From an uncultured Gemmatimonadales bacterium (lineage in GTDB: Bacteria > Gemmatimonadota > Gemmatimonadetes > Gemmatimonadales > Gemmatimonadaceae), in the NCBI GenBank assembly GCA_963701965.1, contig OY969695.1, forward strand, positions 1,088,001-1,152,000: a stretch of DNA of 64,000 nt. Direction: 5' to 3'. Below the pieces are notes generated by a model. That model was given only the letters and a program-made list of their open reading frames with translations. It made no database searches and was not told the origin of the DNA. Position numbers and translations under genes: made by a program. Positions within the stretch are counted from its first letter, which is position 1; every line of letters begins with the position of its first letter. This document shows positions 9,228-19,015 of the stretch, one piece after another.

Positions 9228-10225
9228 TCCATGCCCGCCATGCCGTCCATGTCCATTGAGACATCGGTCGACATCGTGTCTTTGAAGTCGAGCACGTAGT
9301 CGCTCGCGGTGCGATCCACCTTGGGCCAATCGTCCGCATTCGACGGCATGAACACGCCCCCGAGTGCGCCCATGGCGCCCTGGCGCAGCACGCGGCCGGT
9401 CGGATTGTCGTAGACGGCCGTCACGCGATAAACGTGGTCGGCCCGGATGGGGATGCCGAGGCGCCACCAGAACGTCTTGACCGGCATGTCCACGGGCTCG
9501 CCATTCTGGTCGACGATCGGCTTGGTCTCCCACAGGACCTTGTGGGCCGTCACATCCTCGAGTCGAAATCCCGTCCCGTACTTGTGCATGTGCGCGCCCA
9601 TGGCCAGCACACGGCCGGACACCGCGGGGCGTCCCTCCCAACTCTTCTCGGAGTGGCCGACCGGCATGTCATACGACTTGGCACCGGCGGGCGGCATGAC
9701 ATCCATGTAGAACGGCGAGATGGTTACCGGGTGCAACACGCCCGAGACCTCGGCGTACGGCATCCGAATGACCAAGTGGGCGCCGGTGATATCGTGGTGC
9801 GTCGTGTTGTTCAACATCGCGGTGACCAGCAGCGTGTCGCCCCGATGCACGCGAAGCCCGAGGACCTTCGGCAACTCGACCGGCGGCGTCTCCGCGCCCG
9901 CAGCGCCGATCCGCAGCATGATCCGGCTGAACAGCTCGCGCTTTTCCGGCGCGATCAAGTTCACGTGATGGATCAGCGACTGCGGCAACGGTCGGCCGGC
10001 GGAGTCGACGAGCGTGACCGCGTACCCCTGAAGCCAACCCTCGACCGGGAGCGCGACGAATCCCGGTTGGACCTCCACCATGCCGTGGAGGGTGAGCGGC
10101 GCCATCTCCAGCACCATGTCGTGGGCCGCGCTATCCAATCGCACCGTGAGCGTCTGGGCCGGCGCCGGATGGACGCCGGCCACCGCCAGCGCGAGGGCCA
10201 GAAGCGGGGTCATGCGCAGGGTCAT
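9221..10225 (-). CDS. Secreted copper type II (PHM/DBH-like) monooxygenase-like protein
   Basis: Signal peptide, IHHVN, AHMHKYG, GAMG, Met-rich tail MSTDVSMDMDGMAGMDH. TAGGTT lies 7 nt before ATG 10225. Confidence 0.6.
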   Translation of the reverse strand: MTLRMTPLLALALAVAGVHPAPAQTLTVRLDSAAHDMVLEMAPLTLHGMVEVQPGFVALPVEGWLQGYAVTLVDSAGRPLPQSLIHHVNLIAPEKRELFSRIMLRIGAAGAETPPVELPKVLGLRVHRGDTLLVTAMLNNTTHHDITGAHLVIRMPYAEVSGVLHPVTISPFYMDVMPPAGAKSYDMPVGHSEKSWEGRPAVSGRVLAMGAHMHKYGTGFRLEDVTAHKVLWETKPIVDQNGEPVDMPVKTFWWRLGIPIRADHVYRVTAVYDNPTGRVLRQGAMGALGGVFMPSNADDWPKVDRTASDYVLDFKDTMSTDVSMDMDGMAGMDH

Positions 10226-10238
10226 GACCCCAAACCTA

Positions 10239-13200
10239 CTACCAACCAGGGAGGATCTGGAACCCGAAGATGCCGCTCTTCTGTTGCGGCCGCATGAACG
10301 GATAGGCCCAGAACACTTCGGCGACAATGTACCCCAGGACGTTGATGCGGGTGCTGATGCCGGAGCTGATGACCGGCTCCCGGGCGCTGCTGTTCGCCGA
10401 GAGGTTGAATGTCGGAGTGTCGTGGTTGTACCACGCCACGCCGGCGTCGACGAACGGCGCGACGTCGATGGGCAGATACGGGAAGTTGATCAGGCCATAC
10501 CCGCTGATCCCCGTGACCGGGAACCGGATCTCGAAGTTGGCCGTCGCGATCTTGCTGCCAAACAAGCGGTCGAGCGCGGGGCACGCCCCGTTGGCGACGC
10601 CCGGGCCCGTGCACTCGTTGATGTTGAACGTGTTGATGTCGTACCCGCGAATGAAGTAGGGATCGCCGACGTAGAGCGGGAACAACGTCGTCGAGTCTTC
10701 GGCGTCCCGGCCGTATCGCCCATAGTGGATGAGGCGAAAGGCGAAGGTCACCGGCTTGGCGAACAAATACCGCCGATAGTCCAGGAGCGCGGTGGTGAAC
10801 AGCAAGTTGCCGAACGTGGGGTCGACCTCGAACCGGTACCGGGCGCCGGCGATCGGCGAGGTGAACCCGAACGTGGCGTAGTCGGTCACGTACGCGAGGC
10901 TCGTTTGCCACAGACTGAGCCCGTGCGGCGTCCCCGGGAAGCCCTGGTTGAAGTTCTCCGCCAAAATGTTGCCAAACTGGTCGGTGACGTACGTGTCCTG
11001 CGTGATGGAATAGTGCACGTAGCTGTAGCCGGCCCCGAGCTCGAAGCGGCGATACTGCGAGAACGGATACTGGGCGAACACGTTCGCCGACTCGTAGAAC
11101 GTCCGCTCGAACAGCTGGTGAACGACCGTGCCGGGCGTGGACCCGCCCGTACTCGTCGGAAGGGTCGTGTCGGAGACGAACGTCCCCCCGGTCAAGTACG
11201 GGATGTGCCCGATACTGGCACCGTAGATGATCCGGTGCGACTGATTGAGATAGAGCAGCGATCCGCCGAAGTCTTGCAACGTACCGGATCCGGCGAGTTG
11301 GGCGGCGATGATGTTGTTCTCCAGTTCATCGCCAAAGTAGGCCGACACGCCGCCCGCCACGCCCCCGCCGAACGGTCCCCCGACCGCGACGCCGACACCG
11401 GACGACCCCAGGAATTCCAACCCGAACGACGGGTGGTAGGGGCCCGTCGGATACTCGCGCTCCGGCGGCAGCCCGGCCGTCGCATCAGCGATCCGGCTGC
11501 TGACGGCGCCGCCGCCGGGCAGGTCCACAGGCGGGAGAATCCCGACCGACGCCGTGTCGCTTTGGCCGGCGATCAACGGCGTCCCCGGCGCCATCTCCGG
11601 GTCCAAGCGATGCAGCTCGAAGCCTCCCTTGACGAAGACGTCGAACATGAGCCGGCCGGTCTTGGAAGCCACCGACATCATGGCCCCCAGCGGCAGAATG
11701 GCGGTCACGCCGGTCGCGATGCGCGTGATCTGCGCAATGTCGCCGGTCTCCAGGTTCAAGCGATAGATGTCCGAGATCCCGTTGCGGTCGGACACGAAGT
11801 ACAGGTTCTTGCCGTCGGGTGCGAACTGGGGGTTGAGCGCCTTGGCGCCGGGGAAGAGTTGGAGGTTCCGCGTCGTCCCCGTGGTCATGTCCCGGATCGC
11901 GATGTGCAACTTGGCGTACTCGAGCTTGTCGAAATCGGTGCCGTCCCCGCTGTCTGTCGCATACGCCAGCAACCTGCCGTCCGGCGACCACGCGGGTTGG
12001 ATCTGGGCGTACCGGTCGTTCGTGAGCTGCGTCGTCTTCCCGGTCTTCATGTCATACACGTACAGATCGCTGATGCCGCCGTGGCTCCCCGAGAAGGCCA
12101 GCTGGTCGTTCGCGCTCCAGGCCAAGTCCTCGGTCGTGGTGACCTCGGGAACGTCGATCCGCCGCTCAATGCCGCCCTTGTCGAGATTGAAGATCGCGAT
12201 GACTTCTTTCCCTTTGGCATAGACGCCGACGGCGAGCCGCTTGCCATCGGGGGACCACGATCCGCCCGAGCTGGCGAAATTCAACGCGTCGTAGTGCGGC
12301 GTCGAGTTGATGCTGGTGAGCTTCTTGATGGTCTTGCCCGTCGCCGCGTCGGCGACGAATAGATCAGTCTGGAAGATCCCGCGCTGGGTGTAGAACGACA
12401 CGTACTTGCCGTCGGGACTGAGCGCCGGGCCCACATCATAGTCGGGCCCCTTCTTGTTGTACGGGGCCAGCAGGCGCACGCCGACGTTCTCCGGGCGCAC
12501 CAGGCCATTGAGCTGCGGAGTCACCGTAGCCCGCAGGCTGGCGTGCCATTCCTTGCTCAGCGAATCGCTGGTGATCCCGAGGACGCTGCGGACGGCCGAT
12601 TCCCACCCGCCGCGCAGCGCTTGCCGATAAATGCGCGGAATGACGTCATCGCCATACCGGCCGCCGATGTAGGCCCAGATGATCTGGCCCCACGGATAAA
12701 TGAAATAGCGCCCGCTCTGCAGCTGCTTGAAGGACGGGATGTCGTTGCGCAGGATCGCGTCCCGCGGGTACATCGCCGCGTTCGGATCGTTGCGCCCGAC
12801 GGACATGTACTCGGCCATCCCCTCAATGCCCCACTGCGGCACCCGGTTGGTGGCAGCGACGCCTCCGCCGCCCGGGCCATGCGTGTTCTCGGCAATGTCG
12901 TACTGGAAGACGTGCTCCAGCTCGTGGCCGAGAATGTGGTCGGTCCAGGCGTATTCCGGGCTGATGGGGATGATCGCCCGGTTCCTGAGCCCTTCCGTCA
13001 CGCCGCCGATCGGGCCGCCCAGCGGGATCGGGACGATGTTACCCTGGGAAAAGGCGTTCGCGTCGTCGTACAGGACGATCGGCTTCTTGCTGAACGTGTC
13101 CCGCATGGACTGCGAGTGACGCACGTACCACCGCTCCGCCATCCGCGCGATATCCGCGGTCGCGACGGATTCGGCCGGATAGTAGTAGATGTCGAAATGC

Positions 13201-13355
13201 TGGGTGTGCATCTCCCGGAAATCGAAATCCCGGTAGGTAACCTTGTTCTGCCCGAAATTCTGGGCACGGAGGGCCGCCGGGAGGGTCAGGACGGCGATCG
13301 CGAACAGGATGAGGCGCGGAAGGCGCGAGCGCATGATGAGAGAGGTGGTAGACAC
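10239..13355 (-). CDS. Omp85/BamA-TamA-family protein with N-terminal HExxH peptidase-like domain and PD40/TolB-like beta-propeller
   Basis: GHELEH and EGMAEY, repeated (W/F)SPDG, IRGY loop motif, beta-strand C-terminus ending in W. Start may be ATG 13334. Confidence 0.85.
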   Translation of the reverse strand: MSTTSLIMRSRLPRLILFAIAVLTLPAALRAQNFGQNKVTYRDFDFREMHTQHFDIYYYPAESVATADIARMAERWYVRHSQSMRDTFSKKPIVLYDDANAFSQGNIVPIPLGGPIGGVTEGLRNRAIIPISPEYAWTDHILGHELEHVFQYDIAENTHGPGGGGVAATNRVPQWGIEGMAEYMSVGRNDPNAAMYPRDAILRNDIPSFKQLQSGRYFIYPWGQIIWAYIGGRYGDDVIPRIYRQALRGGWESAVRSVLGITSDSLSKEWHASLRATVTPQLNGLVRPENVGVRLLAPYNKKGPDYDVGPALSPDGKYVSFYTQRGIFQTDLFVADAATGKTIKKLTSINSTPHYDALNFASSGGSWSPDGKRLAVGVYAKGKEVIAIFNLDKGGIERRIDVPEVTTTEDLAWSANDQLAFSGSHGGISDLYVYDMKTGKTTQLTNDRYAQIQPAWSPDGRLLAYATDSGDGTDFDKLEYAKLHIAIRDMTTGTTRNLQLFPGAKALNPQFAPDGKNLYFVSDRNGISDIYRLNLETGDIAQITRIATGVTAILPLGAMMSVASKTGRLMFDVFVKGGFELHRLDPEMAPGTPLIAGQSDTASVGILPPVDLPGGGAVSSRIADATAGLPPEREYPTGPYHPSFGLEFLGSSGVGVAVGGPFGGGVAGGVSAYFGDELENNIIAAQLAGSGTLQDFGGSLLYLNQSHRIIYGASIGHIPYLTGGTFVSDTTLPTSTGGSTPGTVVHQLFERTFYESANVFAQYPFSQYRRFELGAGYSYVHYSITQDTYVTDQFGNILAENFNQGFPGTPHGLSLWQTSLAYVTDYATFGFTSPIAGARYRFEVDPTFGNLLFTTALLDYRRYLFAKPVTFAFRLIHYGRYGRDAEDSTTLFPLYVGDPYFIRGYDINTFNINECTGPGVANGACPALDRLFGSKIATANFEIRFPVTGISGYGLINFPYLPIDVAPFVDAGVAWYNHDTPTFNLSANSSAREPVISSGISTRINVLGYIVAEVFWAYPFMRPQQKSGIFGFQILPGW

Positions 13356-13438
13356 GTGGCGTGCAAGCTGAACACACGCGGTCCCCTACGCAAGCATGTG
13401 CCGCTACCCCGCCGAAACCGTTGGGTTCCAATCCGGCC

Positions 13439-14419
13439 CTACCACCCCAAGACCAAAGCGAAAACCAGGGGTGCCACGATCGAGGCATCGGACTCGATGA
13501 TGTACTTGGGCGTATCGACGCCGAGCTTGCCCCACGTGATCTTCTCGTTGGGTACGGCCCCGGAGTACGAACCGTAGCTGGTCGTCGAATCGGAGATCTG
13601 GCAGAAATACCCCCACAGCGGGACGTCCGGGCGCTGCAGGTCCTGGTGGAGCATCGGCACCACACAGATCGGGAAGTCGCCGGCGATCCCGCCGCCAATC
13701 TGGAAAAACCCAATGGAGCTCTGGGCGGCCGTGGTCTGATACCAATCGGCGAGCTTCGTCATGTACTCGATGCCGGTGCGGACCGTGTGGACGTTGCACA
13801 CGTCGCCCGAGATACAGTGCCCGGCATACATGTTCCCGAGCGTCGAATCCTCCCAGCCGGGCACGAACATGGGGAGATCGCGCTCGGCCGCGGCGAGCAG
13901 CCACGAGTGCTTGGGGTCGATCTGATACTCCTTCGCCAGCGTGCCGCTCTTGAGGACGCGATACATGAACTCGTGCGGGAACCACCGCTTCCCCGCCCGA
14001 TCGGCCGCTACCCACTCGGCGAGCACCGCGCGCTCGATCCGGCGCATGGCCTCGGCCTCGGGGATGCACGTGTCGGTCACCCGGTTCATGTGGCGCGCCA
14101 GGAGCGCCTGCTCGTCCGCGGGCGTCAGGTCGCGATAGTTTGGCACCCGCGCGTAATAGTCGTGGGCGACCAGATTGAAGACGTCTTCCTCGAGATTGGC
14201 TCCCGTCGTCGAGATGCCGTGCACCTTGCCCTGCCGGATCATCTCGGCCAGTGACAACCCCAGCTCCGCGGTGCTCATGGCCCCGGCCAGGGTCACGAAC
14301 ATCTTGCCGCCCGAGTCGAGATGGCGGCGGTAGCCGTCGGCCGCATCGATGAGGGCCGCAGCGTTGAAATGCCGGAAATGCTCGCGCAGAAACGCGGAAA
14401 CCGCGCCGGAAGTCGTCAT
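13439..14419 (-). CDS. Deoxyhypusine synthase-family protein
   Basis: TGANLEED, EDSTLG, GGGIAGD, GSYSGAVPNEKITWGK. Confidence 0.92.
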   Translation of the reverse strand: MTTSGAVSAFLREHFRHFNAAALIDAADGYRRHLDSGGKMFVTLAGAMSTAELGLSLAEMIRQGKVHGISTTGANLEEDVFNLVAHDYYARVPNYRDLTPADEQALLARHMNRVTDTCIPEAEAMRRIERAVLAEWVAADRAGKRWFPHEFMYRVLKSGTLAKEYQIDPKHSWLLAAAERDLPMFVPGWEDSTLGNMYAGHCISGDVCNVHTVRTGIEYMTKLADWYQTTAAQSSIGFFQIGGGIAGDFPICVVPMLHQDLQRPDVPLWGYFCQISDSTTSYGSYSGAVPNEKITWGKLGVDTPKYIIESDASIVAPLVFALVLGW

Positions 14420-14465
14420 GGGACAGAGGCTAGCGGCGCCGGCTGCGCGCCGTCAAGATTGAGGG

Positions 14466-15443
14466 ATGGTCTCGGCCAGGCCACAGGCGCTGCTCGCCGC
14501 CCGGGCGGAACGCGGGATTCGCACGACGCAGGCAGGCCTGGCGACCAATGTCGGGCTCGTCCTGGTCAAGCTCGTGGCGGGCATCGCCGGCCATTCGTAT
14601 GCGCTGGTCGCCAATGCGGCGGAATCCTCCGGCGACATCTTCTCTTCCCTCATCGTCTGGCTTGGTCTCCACGTCGCGGCCCAACCGGCCGATGAGAACC
14701 ACCCGTTCGGACACGGGAAAGCCGAGCCGCTGGCCGCGCTGGCCGTGGCGCTGCTGCTGATCGGAGCGGCCATCGCCATCGCCGCCGGCGCCGTCCAGCA
14801 GATCAGCACGCCCCACCGGTTGCCGGAACCCTTCACCCTGCTCGTCGCGGGCGCCGCCTTCACGATCAAGGGGTATCTCGCCCGCCGCGTCGACGAGGTG
14901 GGGGCCGACGTTGGCAGCACCGCCATCCGCGCCGATGCCGGCCACCACGCCAGCGACGCGCTGAGCTCGGCCGCGGCGTTCGTCGGCATCGCGGTGGCGT
15001 TGGTCGGCGGGCACATGATCGGAGGACGGGGCTGGGAAGCCGCCGACGACTGGGCGGCCCTGGTCGCGGCCGCGATCGTAGCCTTCAACGGCGTCCGGCT
15101 GATCCGACCGGCCCTCGCCGACCTGATGGACACCGCGCCCAGCGCGACACTCCTCGAACGGGTGCGCCTAGCGGCGAACTCGGTCCCCAACGTCCGCCTG
15201 ATCGAGAACCTCAAGATGCGGCGATCAGGCCTGGGCTACTTCGTGGAGCTCCACGTCCAAGCCGACCCGGAGATGTCACTCCACGACGCCCACGAGTTGA
15301 GCGGCTCCGTGAAGGGGACGATCCTGCAGATCGCGCCCTTCGTGCAGAACGTCCTCGTGCACATGGAGCCTTACGAGCCGGAAGAACTACGGGGCGACGG
15401 TCGCGGCGACGACGCCGTCGATGCCCGCGAGGTTCGAGACTAG
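14466..15443 (+). CDS. Cation diffusion facilitator (FieF-like)
   Basis: PADENHPFGHGKAE, DAGHHASD, VLVHMEP. Confidence 0.92.
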   Translation: MVSARPQALLAARAERGIRTTQAGLATNVGLVLVKLVAGIAGHSYALVANAAESSGDIFSSLIVWLGLHVAAQPADENHPFGHGKAEPLAALAVALLLIGAAIAIAAGAVQQISTPHRLPEPFTLLVAGAAFTIKGYLARRVDEVGADVGSTAIRADAGHHASDALSSAAAFVGIAVALVGGHMIGGRGWEAADDWAALVAAAIVAFNGVRLIRPALADLMDTAPSATLLERVRLAANSVPNVRLIENLKMRRSGLGYFVELHVQADPEMSLHDAHELSGSVKGTILQIAPFVQNVLVHMEPYEPEELRGDGRGDDAVDAREVRD

Positions 15444-15779
15444 CGGACCGGGGATGGAGTGCCGCTCGGCCAAGTACGCGGCGCTGTTGTAACTCACCCA
15501 CACGCGGCCGTCGTGGTCGGCCCATACGAGAGCCTTGAGCGGAAGGTCCAACGCGGCCAGCGGCGACGCGACCATCACGGGAGTACCGGACTTGGGACTT
15601 CCGAAGATGACCACCAACGCGGGCTGCATCGTCAATCCCGCTTTCGCGGCCTCGCCGCTGTGGTCAACGGTGGCGAACAACGTCAAGCCTTTCTCGCGCA
15701 CCAAATGCTGGAGGCGGGCCACGGTGTCCGGCACCGAGTGCGCGCTCGCTGTGGTCACTACGCCGTACTCGGGAGTCAT
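15387..15779 (-). CDS. DUF302 domain protein
   Basis: VDHSGEA...FGSPKSGTP...LDLPLKALVW pattern. Confidence 0.85.
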   Translation of the reverse strand: MTPEYGVVTTASAHSVPDTVARLQHLVREKGLTLFATVDHSGEAAKAGLTMQPALVVIFGSPKSGTPVMVASPLAALDLPLKALVWADHDGRVWVSYNSAAYLAERHSIPGPLVSNLAGIDGVVAATVAP

Positions 15780-15783
15780 GCGC

Positions 15784-16614
15784 TTACCCCAGTGAGATCA
15801 GGACGGTCGCCACCGCTCCGACGCCCAGCCCCAGATATTGGGGCGCGCGGAGCCTCTCCCGGAGCACCCACCATGCCAGGACCACGGTTACCGCGGGATA
15901 CAAGGACGCGAGCGTGGCGACGATGCTGAGCATGCCATTTCTGACCGCGATGAGATAGCAGACATTCGCGGCAATGTCGATGAGACCGCACGGCACGATC
16001 AGGGGCAAAGCGTCCCGCGGCACGGCGATCGATCGTCCCGACGCGCGATTGGCGGCCAGGAGCAAGGGCAGCGAGATGGCCCGCGCGGCGACCAGCGGCC
16101 AGAGACCGGCGCCAATGGACACGCAATGGAGGCACGCGTAGAAGGCGCCGATCGCCAGTCCGGACCCGACGGCCGCGGCCACGCCGCGGCCGAGCCGGGC
16201 GCCGCTCTGGCCCTCCTGCCCGACCAAAACGATCGACGCCAGCGCCAGCGCGAAGCCCAACAGGACAATGAGCGATGGGCGCTCGCCGATCGCCAAACCG
16301 ATCATCACGGCTACGGCGTCACCGGTAGCCGCGGCGACGGGCGCGACAACGCTCATGCGCCCGGTGGCCAGAGCCTGGTAGAACAGGCCCAAGGCGAAAG
16401 CCCCGAAGAGACCGGTCGCGGCTCCCCACAGCAGGTCGTCCCGGCTCGGATGAGCGACGGGACCGAGGGCGACACACGCGATCAGCGCCAGGACGCCAAA
16501 GAGCTGGGAGACCGCGGCCGCGGTCAACGCCCCGGTGCGGCGGCTGGCGAGCCCGCCCAGAAAATCCGCGCCGCCGTAGAGCGCCAATGCCATAATTGCC
16601 AGGAGGGCGGCCAT
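15784..16614 (-). CDS. EamA/DMT-family transporter
   Basis: Ten hydrophobic segments. ADFLGG, LASLYPAVTV, LRERL. Confidence 0.88.
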   Translation of the reverse strand: MAALLAIMALALYGGADFLGGLASRRTGALTAAAVSQLFGVLALIACVALGPVAHPSRDDLLWGAATGLFGAFALGLFYQALATGRMSVVAPVAAATGDAVAVMIGLAIGERPSLIVLLGFALALASIVLVGQEGQSGARLGRGVAAAVGSGLAIGAFYACLHCVSIGAGLWPLVAARAISLPLLLAANRASGRSIAVPRDALPLIVPCGLIDIAANVCYLIAVRNGMLSIVATLASLYPAVTVVLAWWVLRERLRAPQYLGLGVGAVATVLISLG

Positions 16615-16616
16615 CC

Positions 16617-16654
16617 GGACAATATAATGGTCTAACTAGAGCAGTATATTATCC
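16617..16654. promoter_or_regulatory. Imperfect 18-bp-arm palindrome, probable XRE operator
   Basis: GGACAATATAATGGTCTA-ac-TAGAGCAGTATATTATCC (3 mismatches), between divergent EamA and XRE genes. Confidence 0.65.
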
Positions 16655-16661
16655 CGCTATC

Positions 16662-17243
16662 GTGAACGATCCCGACGCCATCGCCGCCGCCATCGCCCGC
16701 AACGTCCACGGGCTCCGCGTCCAGCGCGCGTGGACGCTCGACGTGCTGGCCACCCGGGCGGGCGTCAGCAAAGCGATGCTCGTGCAAATCGAGCAGGCGC
16801 GCACCAACCCCAGCATCGCGACGCTGTGCCGCATCGCCGACGCGTTCGGGGTCACTGTGCCGGCGCTCGTCGATCTCGACGAAGCGCCGCCCGTCCGCGT
16901 CGTCCGGGCGGCTGACGCTCCAGCACTCTGGCACGGCGCGCCGGGCAGCGTCGGCACACTGCTGATCGGCTCGGGCGGCCCGGACCGCACCGAGCTCTGG
17001 GATTGGCGCATGGCGCCAGGTGACGGATATGACGGCGGTCCGCACCCGGCCGGCACCCGCGAGCTGCTCTACGTGGTCGCGGGCACCCTGACGCTCGTCC
17101 TCGACGGCGAATCGACGACCGCCGCACGCGGCGACACCGTGCTGTTTCGCGGGGACCGCCCGCACCGATACGAGAATGCGGGTCGCGCGCCGCTGCGGTT
17201 CGTCATGGTGACGATCGAGCCAGCGCCTCGGCCGGCGCCGTGA
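16662..17243 (+). CDS. XRE-family HTH + cupin transcriptional regulator
   Basis: TLDVLATRAGVSKAMLVQIEQARTNPSI HTH, cupin H...E...H. GTG start. Confidence 0.9.
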   Translation: MNDPDAIAAAIARNVHGLRVQRAWTLDVLATRAGVSKAMLVQIEQARTNPSIATLCRIADAFGVTVPALVDLDEAPPVRVVRAADAPALWHGAPGSVGTLLIGSGGPDRTELWDWRMAPGDGYDGGPHPAGTRELLYVVAGTLTLVLDGESTTAARGDTVLFRGDRPHRYENAGRAPLRFVMVTIEPAPRPAP

Positions 17244-18845
17244 GCGCCTCCCGGATGGCTGGCGCACCAATGCGAGCCGCCCACGGGCGAAATCGCTCGT
17301 CCTCTTCGCGCGTCGCCAGATAAGCGCGGAAAAGACCCTCCAGCGCCTCGCCCGCCGCCGACGCCCGCACCCGCACCCCCGCGCGCTTCGCGAAATTGGC
17401 ATCGGGCCCGAGCCCGCCTCCGACGAACACGTCGAACCCATCGGCGGCCGGTGTCAGACCGTCGGGGGATTCGATGCGGACCCCCTGCAGTCCGACGTCG
17501 GCAATCCAATGCTGCCCACAGGCGTTCGGGCAGCCGGTCACGAACACCTTCATGTGGGACGAGAACTCGGGAAGCCGACGCTCCAAGTCGGCGATGAGGC
17601 CGAGTCCAAACCACTTGGTCTCCACGAGCGCCAGCTTGCAATACTCGCTGCCCGTGCAGGCGAGCACGCCCCGCCGGAACGCCGAGCCCTCCAGCGGCGG
17701 CGCCCCGCTCCGCGCCGCGGCCCGTCGCAACGCCTCGACGGTCGACGCCCGAATGCCCAGCACCGCAATGTTCTGCATGACGGTCGTGCGCAAGGCGCCG
17801 CTGCCATACGCGTCGGCGAGATCGGCAATGGCGCGGAGCGAGGCCGGCGTCAGCCGGCCCGCGGCGACCGAGAACCCGGCGTAGACGGTATCGGCCGCCT
17901 TCTCCGGATTGATGCCGACGTGATCACGGAACGATCCATCCGGTGGAAGCTCGGATACCCCGGGATCCAGGCGATAACCCAATCGCTGTTCGATCTCGGC
18001 CAGAAACCGTTCGGCTGTCCACCCATGCGTCAGAAAGAGAAACTTCATGCGGGCTTTCGCCCGCTGCACGCGCAGCTCATCGCTGTCCCGAAAAATCCCG
18101 GCCACCGCATCCACCACGTCCGGCACCTGATCCCAGCCCACGAACGCGTCGAGGCGTTCGGCCAGATGCGGACGGGTGGAGAGTCCGCCGCCGACCCGCA
18201 GGCTGAAACCGACGTCCCGGCCCCTTCGCACAGCGGTCAACCCGATGTCGTTGATCTCGGGATAGCTGCACCAGTGCGCGCAGCCCGTGATCGAGATCTT
18301 GAACTTGCGCGGCAGATTCGCGTACAGCGGGTTGCCGTTCATGCGGCGATCGACCGCCAGCGCCACCGGAGAGGCATCGACGAGCTCGTGCGCATCAATG
18401 CCCGCCAGGGGGCAGCCGGTGACGGTGCGCGTGTTGTCGCCGCACGCACCCATACTGGTCCAGCCCACGGCGGCCAGGGCGTCCCAGATCGCCGGCACGT
18501 CCTCGATGCGCAGCCAGTGGAGTTGAAAGTTCTGCCGGTTGGTGATGTCCAGCGTCCCGCGAGCGTAGCGCTCGGACAGGTCGGCGATCGTCCGCACCAT
18601 AGCCGATGTCAGCACACCGTTCGGCGTGCGGACGCGCATCATGAAGTACCGCGTGGCATCTCCGCGGACTCCGAGGCCGTCGCCCTGGGTGTACAATCCC
18701 CAGGCCCGCAACCGCACATCCAGATCGTCGCTGGGGATCGCGTCGAATCCGCCGCGGGCGTACCGGCGGAATGTCATCGAGGATCGACCACAATGGCTTT
18801 TCCTGCTTGATGCGCTCGAATGCGCTGGGTGGGTGTCTCGGACAT
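17203..18845 (-). CDS. Ferredoxin-type siroheme sulfite/nitrite reductase (probably sulfite), with two +1 frameshifts near its 5' end
   Basis: RQNFQLH, ACGDNTR, LPRKFK, CTGSEYC and GCPNAC. Removing single bases at 18819/20 and 18770/71 gives MSETPTQRIERIKQEKPLWSILDDIRRYARGG. Confidence 0.88.
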
Positions 18846-18864
18846 GATGGGGATGGGGAGATGC

Positions 18865-18897
18865 AAAAAGGCCCGCCGGGAGAAGTCCGGGCGGGCC
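18865..18897 (-). terminator. Intrinsic terminator (attenuator) in the reductase leader
   Basis: mRNA GGCCCGCC-CGGACUUCUCCC-GGCGGGCC-UUUUU, ending 19 nt before the ATG. Confidence 0.85.
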
Positions 18898-18932
18898 AAC
18901 ACGCATCGACAAAAAATCGTCGGAACAGCGCG

Positions 18933-18986
18933 CTACGCTGGACGTCTCCGAGGACAGGGCACGGGACAACAGCGGCGCGGCATCAT
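18933..18986 (-). CDS. Cys-rich leader peptide MMPRRCCPVPCPRRRPA (longer alternative start at 19010)
   Basis: Three TGT codons. Preceded by TTGCGC-N17-CACCTT-N6-ATG and followed by an antiterminator/terminator pair. Confidence 0.7.
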   Translation of the reverse strand: MMPRRCCPVPCPRRRPA

Positions 18987-19015
18987 GCGCGCAAGGTGAT
19001 GGACATTCATCTGTC

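Noticed and set aside
18846..18969. ORF-track N-terminal extension of the reductase (MSRALSS...)
   Set aside because: It runs through the terminator and leader. The real start at 18845 is hidden by two frameshifts.
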